Source: Phyllobates terribilis
Lineage: Eukaryota
DNA length: 64,000 bases
Direction: 5' to 3'
Assembly (NCBI RefSeq): GCF_046119375.1
Contig: NW_027362772.1
Location: 301,258,001-301,322,000 of the forward strand
Part shown: piece after piece, positions 14,211-25,483 of the stretch
Layout of the letters: the number at the start of each line of letters is the position of its first letter
Position numbering within the stretch: the first letter of the stretch is position 1
The notes under the pieces: generated by a model
Told to the model about the DNA's origin: nothing
The model's database searches: none
The model's input: the letters and a program-made list of their open reading frames with translations, nothing else
Position numbers and translations under genes: made by a program

Positions 14211-15188
14211 CATACTGTGTATATGGAGGAATGTGTGGGGACATCATACTATGTGGGGGCATTTTTGGGGCATCGTACTCTATTGGAGGTCATGAAAGGG
14301 GTGTCATAGTGGGTGAGAACACTAAGGGGCTCCAATGGGGGCAAAATAACAGTGGAAATGCTGCAAAACATATCCCTCTCTGTGTGTGTAAAAGTTTGGC
14401 AATACGTGACTGCGGCTGTGTGCTGTTACAGAACTTTTGCTATGGGGCCGTGTGATTTCTATGTACACTCCTGCTCTGAGGCATTATTACACTAAAGAGG
14501 CACTAAGAGGGATTATTATAAGGAGGCACACAAGGACACTATGTCTATAGGATGCTGGATAACTGTAAGGAGGCGCAGGGGAGCATTATTAATTTGAAGA
14601 AGTACAGAGGAAACATTATTACTGTATAGGGTCACAGAGGGGGCACTGCTATTGTGTGGGGCACAAAAAGAGGGTTATATCACTATGCAGGGCACAGAGG
14701 GGCATTTTTACTGTCTAGGGAACTGGTTATAGCACTATAAAGTTTGTGTAGAGGTTGGAATATGAGGAGGGGGCTGGAAAGCAGAAAGACTAAGATTTCT
14801 CTGTGTTACATTTTGCAGGGATGGATGGAAGAAGTGGTCATGGCGGTCTGGGCTGAATGGAAAAGAAAAGTGAAAGTGAATGACAATGTCACTGGTGAGA
14901 GAGGTGCATCTAGGTTTTCTGGCAACCGAGGCAAGAATTTAGTTTGGCGCCCCCCCAAGCACATTTGCGATTTGCACCTTTAGATTGGAGTCCCACTAGC
15001 GTATTGCATCGGATGCGATGAGAGAAGCAGGACGAGAAGCTCGTTGTCAAGTGACAGCAAGTATGAAAATCGCATATGAGTGAAGGAGCCGTGTAATGAC
15101 TGCTGAAACCAGCAAGCTGAGCTGAATCCTGACAGTGAGGATATTACATGCCGTTAGGATTGGCTGCGGGGCTTCATATTATAATTAA

Positions 15189-15546
15189 AGCTCTAGGTCT
15201 GAGATGAAAGTCTGCAGCCACTCTGTGTGGCTGCAGGCTTCTGAATTCTCGCAGCGCATGTGCTGCACACTTTTAGGATTCTCCCTTGCCGGCAGCAAGA
15301 GTGAACGTTCATGAGCACAAGTATGAGATTTGTATACTTCTGGCCACATACCGACTAAACGTGTTCGGCCTCACTCAGTTCATTTTCATTAAGAAAGGCC
15401 ATGTATGTCTAGTCGATATGGGACCACATGTATGCAAATCACTGGCCCGAGAGAACCCTAACAGCGTGCAGAGCACAATGTGAGGATTCAGAAGTCTGCA
15501 GTCACATAAAATGACTGCAGACTCATCACTAACTTGGACAACCCCT
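15189..15546. mobile_element. TTAA-flanked fold-back MITE (T2/Kolobok-like)
   Basis: TTAA at 15185-15188 and 15547-15550. Internal inverted arms AAGTCTGCAGCCACTCTGTGTGGCTGCAGGCTTCTGAATTCTC and GAGGATTCAGAAGTCTGCAGTCACATAAAATGACTGCAGACTC. Confidence 0.6.
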
Positions 15547-15627
15547 TTAATGCTCCTAACATAAATAAAAACATGAGAATTAGTCAGTATCACAAAAAAC
15601 ATTTACATCCAGGTACCTGATAGATGA

Positions 15628-17616
15628 TCAGAAAACTGGATGTCCATCAGCAATAAGCAAAAAATGGCTCTTCTCTATTCGATAAATTGACCTTTCCCAG
15701 GGTAATGAAAAACCCCAGAAAAAAGAAGAGTTCTATACATCATAAACTAAAAGAATACAATCTTTATTCAACAATCTACTCAGAAGTTAACAATGATCAA
15801 ATGCATGATCTGGATAAAAATAAGAAACAGAAAGTGCCTCTAGAGGGCGCTGCAGTTACATCTAGTATAGTGATATTAATCTCCATGGGGAATGCAGGGG
15901 AAGCATATACAAAGTGTCACAATAAACACAGATATTAGCAGTAAACAACACAATATACCGATAAAGAACCAATCGAGCGTTGGTTTAAAAAATATTAGTA
16001 TAAAAAGAATACTGCTTATTCACTGTCAGACACTACTGTTATGTAATGCAAAACAAACTATACATACAGTCCATTGGTGTCAGCGGTGACAGAGTTCCAA
16101 TAATGTTTCAAATAAACTAACATAGCCCTATGTAAACAAGTTCCAAGTCGCTGTCGATGACCACAGAGCCCTCTCACCCTGACGCGCATTTTGCCTTGCT
16201 TCTTCCGGGGACGCTTCCAGAAGAAGCTAGGCGACACGCGCGTCGGGGTGAGAGGGCTCTGCGGTCATCAACACACACATCTTTCAGGTAAAATCTCTTT
16301 TACACCTTTATTCCAGCGGACGTACCCAACTGACTAGGCAATAGTCTCCCAAGAATGCTGACAGCAACTTGGAACTTGTTTACATAGTGTAGCGTCGGCG
16401 TCCCTGCCTCCTGCTAGGCAGGGACGCCGTTCCCCTCACCTCTCCGCTCCGTGCCCGGCGTCTTCCTCCCGCTCTGCTGGCAGCACGCGCTGCTTCCCGA
16501 TCACTGTGCTTAGGGCGCGCGCGTGCTCCTTCTCTCTTAAGGGGGCCGCGCGCGCCGTCCTAAGGAGTCCCCGGCCAATGGCCGGAGGACCTCACCATAT
16601 ATAAGGCACCTCCTCCAAAATGGAGGTGCCCGAGCAATGTTGTTGCAAAGCCTTTCAACTCTGCTTCAGCCCTCAGGTCCCGTTGCCTGATACCTGCCTG
16701 ATACCTGCCTAATACCTGCCTGATACCTGCCTGATTTCTGTCTACCTGCTTGCAATCCTGTGGTCCGACAGTCTGCCTACCAACACCTGCCAGTCTGTCT
16801 ATGGATCAGTCCGCCCGCGGACCAGGAAGTACCTGCCAGATACCTGCCTGATACCTGCCTGCCTGTCCAGAGACTCCTGCCCGCTCACCTGGGAGCGCTC
16901 ATCTGCTACCTGCCAGCTAGCCTACCTGGAGGCTTAGCCGTCACTTGCCGTGACCTCCCGCCTGTCAAGAGACTGTCCCCGTCACTTGCTGTGACCGCCC
17001 TGCCCCTCTACCCTGAGACTGTCCTTGTCACTTGCCGTGTCTACCTGCCCGCCTTCCCTGGGAGCCACCCGCTTCCGTACAAGGACTGCCCCTTTGTATA
17101 GTAGCTCAGAGGTTCCACCTCCCAGACCCGTTACACATAGGGCTATGTGCAATATTATTGGCAGTGGGAGAATCTTGTTATATTAGTTTATGTGCAACAT
17201 TATTGGAACTCTGTCACCGCTGACACCAATGGACTATATGTATAGTTTGTTTTGCATTACATAACAGTAGTGTCTGACAGTGAATAGGCAGTATTCTTTT
17301 TATACTAATATTTTTTAAACCAACGCTCGGTTGGTTCTTTATCGGTATATTGTGTTGTTTACTGCTAATATCTGTGTTTATTGTGACACTTTGTATATGC
17401 TTCCCCTGCATTCCCCATGGAGATTAATATCACTATACTAGATGTAACTGCAGCGCCCTCTAGAGGCACTTTCTGTTTCTTATTTTTATCCAGATCATGC
17501 ATTTGATCATTGTTAACTTCTGAGTAGATTGTTGAATAAAGATTGTATTCTTTTAGTTTATGATGTATGGGACTCTTCTTTTTTTCTGGGGTTTTACATT
17601 ACCCTGGGAAAGGTTA
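15628..17616. mobile_element. Penelope-like palindromic (inverted pseudo-LTR) insertion with a 13-bp target-site duplication
   Basis: Arm 15706-16210 is the reverse complement of 16213-17616 once the solo LTR and a ~90-bp extra segment are removed (mirror ORFs 15892+ and 17411-). Flanked by ACCTGATAGATGA at 15615-15627 and 17617-17629. Hammerhead-like motifs lie at the centre. Family assignment is inferred from these motifs. Confidence 0.7.
16388..17135 (+). mobile_element. Solo LTR (748 bp) with 5-bp TSD CATAG
   Basis: Starts TGTAGCG, ends CCGTTACA. CATAG at 16383-16387 and 17136-17140. TATA-like ATATAAGG near 16599. Confidence 0.88.
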
Positions 17617-18088
17617 ACCTGATAGATGACGTTGTCTCTGGAGTTGTTCTGTTTCTTTTCTTCATCTTGTCCAGACTCCATGATGACTTTTCTCATCCAC
17701 AGCTCGTCTGTGCAGACTTCCATCTTCTCCCGTCTTCTGCAGCACATCCCTACACGATGCCCTTAAAGATACAGTGTCAGTATAATGCTCCTGAATAAAA
17801 AGATCTGTCCCCTCCTGGCTGTGCCCTTATACTGCCCTTCACCCCCACCCCCATGCTACACTTCCACACAGACTACTCAGTTTCTATTCTGTGCCCACTC
17901 ACACTTTTCTCCCCCCATACTGTCTCCTCACACATCCCTCCAGGCTCCCCATACTGTCTCCTCACACATCCCATCATCCTCACTCCTCATACTGTATCTG
18001 CACCATCCCCCCACTCACCATACTGTGTCTGCACCTGTCTCTTCCTTGCTTTCCAAACTGTGTCCTTAATTCTTCCCCATCCCCGTTA

Positions 18089-18225
18089 CACTAAATACCC
18101 CAATCCCCACACTAAATCTCCCCCACACACTAAATACCCCAATCCCCACACTAAATCTCCCCCACACACTAAATACCCCAATCCCCACACTAAATCTCCC
18201 CCGCACACTAAATACCCCAATCTCC
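18089..18225. repeat. 39-bp tandem repeat, ~3.5 copies
   Basis: CACTAAATACCCCAATCCCCACACTAAATCTCCCCCACA; 13-aa period in the ORF track. Confidence 0.85.
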
Positions 18226-19810
18226 CCCATGCTGGCTGTGCCCAGGGCAGATTTCCCACCAGCTCCCCCCCCAGATACGCCTCTGCCTCTGCTGCACAGC
18301 ACACGCTTATATGGTCTGCAGAGCACTGGTGTAACACTGATGTTACCATTATATGGTCACTGTATAGTGGTTGTGATTAATGGTCAGTATGGCGGTATCA
18401 TCACTACTATATATGCAGGAGATATTTTGTGTAGTCTGATGGTATTTGTCAGTTATATTGCAATATTATTATTGCGGTATTATTATTATTATTATTATTG
18501 TTAATAATAGTGAATCTTATGTAGCGGTATTATTCTTGATTTGGGTTTTGTAGTAAATCTTGATTTCCTCTAAGCAGGGTAATATTAGTAATAGAGACCC
18601 AATCTGGGAAAGGGGGGGATGGCCAGCGAGGGGCTGTGTGATTTCAGTCCCAGTTCAGACCCGGTAAACAGCAGCAGGTCGTGAGCCAACGATCACGTTA
18701 TTCTCCTGCTACATCGCAATGTGAATGGGGACATATTGTAACCTCTAGGGTACCAGGACGGCAAGGAGCAATTGGTTACGACTTTTTGGAAAGTCGGCCC
18801 CCGATTCATCAAGCAATTTACACCCCAGCGGAAACTTGCAAAATATTGGACAACTTTTTGGAAAGTGAGCGAGGTTATATATCAGTCTGGGAATCGGCTG
18901 TTCAGCTCACAATGGATTATGTAGCCTGGATACAATTGTAGCAAACCCTCAGCTGTGAGATGTATTAGGTCTGTACTTCTTTTTACAAGCATGCTTCCAT
19001 TCATTGACAGCTAACAGAGATTGTGAAAATGGAGAAACATTGATACAAAGGATCCAGTTCATAATTTGCAGGTTATTTGAAGTCACTTTTTTCTTGTATC
19101 CGTTGACATTTTGGCACCAAATTCTTCATAATGTTGCACGCGTTTCACGAATTTTACGCAGAATCAAAACTGCACTTTATTTTTCCGTAACCTTTTTCGT
19201 GTGAAAAGATGAAGTTTCCGCTGAAACGTCACAGATTTTGAGCAAAAACATCAAAGATGTAGATATAACGACCGGAGGACATTCGAAAAGTCCAACATTT
19301 CTTTGTGCAATGTTGCAAAGTTTTGCGACATTTTTTTTTTTTTGCAACTTGGCAAAACTTTTTGTAAACTTTCAATTGATGAATTATCTGGAAAAAAAAA
19401 AAACTGGAAATCCCAAATCATGTCTACGATGACGAACGTGAACAGAAAAAAAGAAAAGGCAAATGAAATAGACTTAGTAAATTAAAAAGAATAAAGTGCA
19501 ACAACAAAAAAAAAAAGCCACAAATGCAATAATGAATCTCGCGCAAAGTGTATTAAAAAAAAAAAAAAAGTGTCAGAACTTTTCCTGGGACATTTAATTA
19601 TCAGGAAGTGATGACCCCATTGTGCGGCAGATGACTGCGCTCCTATATGGGCAACGATTGGGGTGACAGGACAAGATCCGCCTCTGATGGGAGTTTTCTT
19701 CTTTATTCGCTTCCCCTTTAAATGTCTGATAGTTGTCAGTAGTCACCTGACTCTGATGATGTCATCAGGCTTTTACAGGAAGGAGTGTGAGCAGAGCTGG
19801 GGGTCTGCAC

Positions 19811-19987
19811 GGAGGTAAGAGACCCTGTAGGGAGATAAGAGACCCTGCAGGGAGGTAAGAGACCCTGCAAGGAGGTAAGAGACCCTGCAGGGAGGTAAGA
19901 GACCCTGTAGGGAGGTAAGAGACCCTGCAGGGAGGTAAGAGACCCTGCAGGGAGGTAAGAGACCCTGCAGGGAGGTAAGAGACCCTG
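19811..19987 (+). repeat. 20-bp tandem repeat (GGAGGTAAGAGACCCTGCAG) x9; probably the donor region of a non-coding fbxo6/44 exon
   Basis: Units start every 20 nt from 19811 to 19971; 8 of 9 contain GAG|GTAAGA. Confidence 0.9.
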
Positions 19988-20305
19988 AGGGTCCACAGGG
20001 AGGACTCATTATATGCAAGTGCAGGAATGTAGCAGTGCTGGACTTGTTGTTTAACTCTTTCTGGGCTGTAGGACCAATGTGGGGGCAGGTGGCTTAGAGG
20101 GGCTTTAATTTATCTTTTCTGAATTGTTCAGAGGACATTACCGGGCACAGAAAAGTTGTGGACGATCTCTAAGAACAGACAGTCCTACAGATAGGACCCT
20201 GAGGAGCTTGTGCTTATTAAGGGGTGCAGGCGCTCCATCTCCGCTCACTATATGGCGGGCAGTGACACCACCATATTTATACATTTATCGTTCCCAGGGT
20301 GGAGG

Positions 20306-23300
20306 ATGAGCGATATGGACGCCATCCCGGAAGGAGTGCTGCTAGAAATCCTGTCTGCCGTCCCTGCGCCCGATGTGATCCGTCGCTGCCGCCCGGTCTG
20401 TGCCCTCTGGAGAGACATTATAGACTCGCCCGCTCTATGGAAGACAAAATGTCAGCGGGACGGGTTTATATCAAAGCGCTGCATCCGTAACCCGCCGGAC
20501 TGGAAGATGTTCTACTTTCTACATCTACAGAAGAGGAACTTACTAAAGAACCCGGTGGCTGCAGGTCAGATGGACGAATAGCATGGGGAGGGGGCTGGCT
20601 GCTGGTCAGATGGATGTGTATATAGTGTGGGGAGGGGGCTGGCTGCTGGTCAGATGGATGTGTATATAGTGTGGGGAGGGGGCCGGCTGCAGGTCAGATG
20701 GATGTGTATATAGTGTGGGGAGGGGGCCGGCTGCAGGTCAGATGGATGTGTATATAGTGTGGGGAGGGGGTCGGCTGCATGTCAGATGGATGTGTATATA
20801 GTGTGGGGAGGGGGCGGCTGCGGGTCAGATGGATGTGTATAGAGTGTGGGGAGAGGGGGTCGGCTGCGGGTCAGATGGATGTATAGAGTGTGGGGAGAGG
20901 GGGCTGGCTGCAGGTCAGATGGATGTATAGAGTGTGGGGAGAGGGGGCTGGCTGCGGGTCAGATGGATGTATAGAGTGTGGGGAGAGGGGGCTGGCTGCG
21001 GGTCAGATGGATGTGTATATAGTGTGGGGAGGGGGCCGGCTGCAGGTCAGATGGATGTGTATATAGTGTGGGGAGGGGGCCGGCTGCAGGTCAGATGGAT
21101 GTGTATATAGTGTGGGGAGGGGGTCGGCTGCATGTCAGATGGATGTGTATATAGTGTGGGGAGAGGGGGCCGGCTGCGGGTCAGATGGATGTGTATAGAG
21201 TGTGGGGAGAGGGGGTCGGCTGCGGGTCAGATGGATGTATAGAGTGTGGGGAGAGGGGGCTGGCTGCAGGTCAGATGGATGTGTATAGAGTGTGGGGAGA
21301 GGGGGCTGGCTGCGGGTCAGATGGATGTATAGAGTGTGGGGAGAGGGGGCTGGCTGCGGGTCAGATGGATGTGTATAGAGTGTGGGGAGAGGGGGCCGGC
21401 TGCGGGTCAGATGGATGTGTATAGAGTGTGGGGAGAGGGGGCCGGCTGCGGGTCAGATGGATGTGTATAGAGTGTGGGGAGAGGGGGCTGGCTGCGGGTC
21501 AGATGGATGTGTATAGAGTGTGGGGAGAGGGGGCTGGCTGTGGGTCAGATGGATGTATAGAGTGTGGGGAGAGGGGGCCGGCTGCGGGTCAGATGGATGT
21601 GTATAGAGTGTGGGGAGAGGGGGCTGGCTGCGGGTCAGATGGATGTGTATAGAGTGTGGGGAGAGGGGGTCGGCTGCGGGTCAGATGGATGTGTATAGAG
21701 TGTGGGGAGAGGGGGTCGGCTGCGGGTCAGATGGATGTATAGCGTGTGGGGGGAGAGGGGGCTGGCTGCGGGTCAGATGGATGTATAGCGTGTGGGGGGA
21801 GAGGGGGCCGGCTGCGGGTCAGATGGATGTATAGCGTGTGGGGGGAGAGGGGGCTGGCTGCGGGTCAGATGGATGTATAGCGTGTGGGGGGAGAGGGGGC
21901 TGGCTGCGGGTCAGATGGATGTATAGCGTGTGGGGGGAGAGGGGGCCGGCTGCGGGTCAGATGGATGTATAGCGTGTGGGGGGAGAGGGGGCTGGCTGCG
22001 GGTCAGATGGATGTATAGCGTGTGGGGGGAGAGGGGGCTGGCTGCGGGTCAGATGGATGTATAGCGTGTGTGGGGAGAGGGGGCTGGCTGCGGGTCAGAT
22101 GGATGTATAGCGTGTGGGGGGAGAGGGGGCTGTCTGCGGGTCAGATGGATGTATAGCGTGTGGGGGGAGAGGGGGCTGGCTGCGGGTCAGATGGATGTAT
22201 AGAGTGTGGGGAGAGGGGGCTGGCTGCGGGTCAGATGGATGTATAGCGTGTGGGGGGAGAGGGGGCTGGCTGCATTCAGTATCGGAGTGTCGTATGCGCC
22301 ACAAGCCACTTCTTGATGCTGAACGGTGTCACAGCCCGGTGCAGGCTACACCAGACGGGATACAAATTAATTTTGGGGTCTGAAATAGTTGTGGGGTTCT
22401 GGGTTTGGGGGGGGGACCGTAACATTACAGTAGCAGAAGTGTCATGTGTGGCAGTGTATTGCGGGGGTATTGTTTCCTGCATGATACGGTGTGTGATGGA
22501 ACGGCCATGAGGTTTTAGCTGTGTGTCTGCGTATAGCGCTCACATACGGCCGCAGCGTCGCTGCTTAACGGGTCGATCCCAATATCGTTGGTTATAGGAT
22601 ACTGTGCTTCGCTGCGCTATTTCCAGGAGCCCCATAAACAGAGGTCGAGCATACACGGTGGTCAAACAATGACTGTACACTCGCACATACCGCCATACAG
22701 TGCCCCATCAGCTCAAATGATTCTGCTATAGAGCACCCAGAAAATCCCATCCCACAGAAGCCAAATATGATCACACTGGCAGCACAGTGCCCAAATAAAG
22801 CCGCTATGCATATTCAAATACTGCCATATAGTGTAAGCGGCATTTTTTTTTTTAAAACCGCCCTGTTTCTGGGAAAGGAGGGCTACAACCAATATGGCCG
22901 CCATTAAATTTTACTGCAGCTGCCTCCTTGCCGTATAATGGATCCATCCTCCACCCGGGTCTCATATTATCCATTCAGCAGTTGGGTAATTCCGGGTGAC
23001 CCTCCTGTGGCAGCGGCGGCCATATGGGTTTTTCCTAGAATCGTCTCAGTATCAGGCGGTGGGGATTTTTCGGTGGGGGGCGACCCGTCAGGGAGATGGT
23101 AATTTCCACCAATTATTTATCCTCTTTGTAAGTTCCTCTCGTAAAGTCAAAGTGAAACCAAAAAATCATAAAGGGGGAAACGATCCGGAGCTTTCACTTT
23201 TACGGATTTCGATGGATTTTTCCCGTCCTCACGCCGTCTTATCTTCTGTGCGTTGTTTCTTGTCAGAAAACTTCAAGCACTGGAAAAAAGAAAAAGATGG

Positions 23301-24480
23301 CGGAGACAAGTGGAAGGTGGAGAAACTGCCCGGAACCTACGGCCGGCCATTACCAGACGAGAAGGCGAAGAAGTATTTTGTCACCTCTTATGGGTGCGTG
23401 TATAGGGCCTCCGCCCTGCTGCCGCTCCTTCAGGAATTGCACATTCCGCTCTTGTGCTTTTTATTTCTCTTAGGATTGCACACACCAAAAAAAAAAGCTT
23501 GTATAGGGCGCTGTTCACACACAGCCTATTAGTGACAGCCATACGATTAGATTAGGCGGGGATGCAGCAAACCCATATAATAAAGATGGCGGCAAAGTGG
23601 TTCCTCACTTAGCCCCATATGAGAGCGGCCGTTAATTCAGTCACCCAGGCTACCTAGCAATACGTTCTCACTTTTTGCTCCTCCCCCTTGTCTCTTTCTT
23701 ATTGGCTCCTCCCATTACTCTTTTTTTTTTTTTTTTTTCTTTTCTTTTGGCTTCCAGACTGTGTTTGAAGTCGCAGACCATCGATCTGAAGAAGGAGGGG
23801 TACCCCGCTGAGTTCATGGACGTCGTGCAGCCCAGTATAGTTGTCCGGGACTGGTACGTGATCCGTTTTAAGGAATCTGTTTCCTTTCCGTTTTCTGGGA
23901 AAGCTGGGTGACGACTGATACGGCCGCCATGACAGCACTGTCTCGGGTCCCATCTCCGCAGGTACGCCGCCAGACTCGACTGCGGCTGCCGCTACCAGAT
24001 TCTCGTACAGCTGCTGTCACAAGACAAGACGGTGATGGAGGAGTTTCAGCCGGAGCCGGTGACTATAGAGCAGTGGAGTAACGCCGAGTGGGCCCAGGTA
24101 GCTGTCTGCTGTGTGCGGTTACCGGGGAGCTGTGACCCATAGCAACCAATCAGATTGCTGCTCTTATTCTCCAAAGTGTCTCTGAGAAATGGGAGCTGGA
24201 ATCTGATTGGTTGTGATGAATCCCCCTCGTTGGGCCGCTGATGATCAGATTTCAGGGGTGGATACGGTGATAAGATGGAGTATCGGCTGTTGGGATATTA
24301 CAGCTTTTCTCCTCTCATTATTCCTTACAGATTGAATACACCTTCAGAAATTACGGTCCTGGGGTTCGTTACATATATTTCCAACATGGTGGACAAGACA
24401 CCCAGTTTTGGGCCGGCTGGTATGGAATTAGGGTGACGAACAGCAGTGTGACCATTGATCCCGGCAATCTCAGCGCATGA
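20306..24480 (+). CDS. fbxo6: F-box + FBA-domain protein, FBXO6/FBXO44-like, 255 aa. Coding exons 20306-20564, 23267-23393, 23758-23853, 23962-24097, 24331-24480
   Basis: F-box MSDMDAIPEGVLLEILSAVPAPDVIRRCRPVCALWRDII. FBA domain NLLKNP...KYFVTSYG/LCLKSQTIDL...VVRDW/YAARLDCGCRY...W/IEYTFRNYGPGVRYIYFQHGGQDTQFWAGWYGIRVTNSSV. All introns GT-AG and in frame; TGA at 24478-24480; acceptor TTCCCAG ends at 20297. The choice between fbxo6 and fbxo44 cannot be made by eye. Confidence 0.92.
20555..22270 (+). repeat. ~44-47 bp G-rich minisatellite (GGCTGCRGGTCAGATGGATGTGTATAGAGTGTGGGGAGAGGGG), ~37 copies, starting at the F-box exon 3' end
   Basis: Direct reading; the first unit overlaps the GCAG|GTCAGA donor at 20564/20565. 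Confidence 0.95.
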
Positions 24481-24737
24481 GGACTGGAAGCTTCACGTTA
24501 ATCCGGTCCTACAGTCGAAATACGACTGGTCGTACCAGGGATCGCACTGATCTAACCAAACCCCAAAAGGGACAGTAACCCTACAGCGTTCTCCACTTAC
24601 TGAGCAGCTAATCTGTTGTTCTCTGTTATCACCCGAAGGCTGACTATAGAGGGACAGGATGACTCAAAACCTCCCCGACCCCATCATCTTTCCGCCTAGG
24701 TCACGTATCTCCAGGACGGAGAACCGCACATCCTTAA

Positions 24738-25228
24738 AGGGCATCTGTCAGTAGGACCAACCCTCCTAAGCCGTCTATATTGGCTGCAGGTCATAGGAAG
24801 CTGAATAAAATGATACCTTGATATCTGCGACCCGATGTCTTATTCCAGAGAAATCCACGCTTTCTCAATATGTAAATGAGCTGTTAAGCCCTATGGGCGG
24901 GACATAGATCTCCCTGAGACTCCGCCTCCAGAGATTATTGTAAATGAGAGGGGGCGTTACCAGTGTGAGACATGTAGATCCAGAGAGCGGCACTGTCAGT
25001 CATTACGTTTCTCACACTGGTAACGCCCCCTTTTGTATAAAGCAATCTGGAGGCGGAGTCTCAGGGGGATCTGTGTCCCACCCATAGACCTTAACAGGTT
25101 ATTTACATATTCCAGAGAAATACATGTTTTTTTTCTGAATGAAACATCGGATCGCAGATCTCAAAGTATCATGTTAATCAGCTTCCTGTTACCCATGTAG
25201 ATGGGGTGATCTTACTAACAGATGCCCC
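24738..25228. mobile_element. Palindromic T2/Kolobok-like MITE downstream of the fbxo6/44 stop
   Basis: TTAA|AGGGCATCTGTCAG ... CTAACAGATGCCCC|TCAA. Long internal inverted arms (CTGAGACTCCGCCTCCAGA / TCTGGAGGCGGAGTCTCAG; GGGGCGTTACCAGTGTGAGA / TCTCACACTGGTAACGCCCC). Confidence 0.85.
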
Positions 25229-25483
25229 TCAAGAGGCCGATTTCTGCCCATAGATGGAGTCGATCTGCTCTCATCTAAGTCAATCAGTTCTTGCTTAATG
25301 GCCTTTTCACATGGCCGACAGACTGTATGGGAACAAACAATACAGTATCTGCAGCACATCCTTCCTTTACATAGGGCAATGTGCTGCCGAGAACCGTGAC
25401 TTAATGGCCTTCATGAATGATCCAGGCAACCGCCAAAGCAGCTAATGTGCGGCATGAAGACACGGGCCAATGATGGGGCAGAA

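Noticed and set aside
22996-23953. ORFs 22996-23532 and 23675-23911 as separate genes
   Set aside because: They are fbxo6/44 exons 3 and 4 plus intron read-through.
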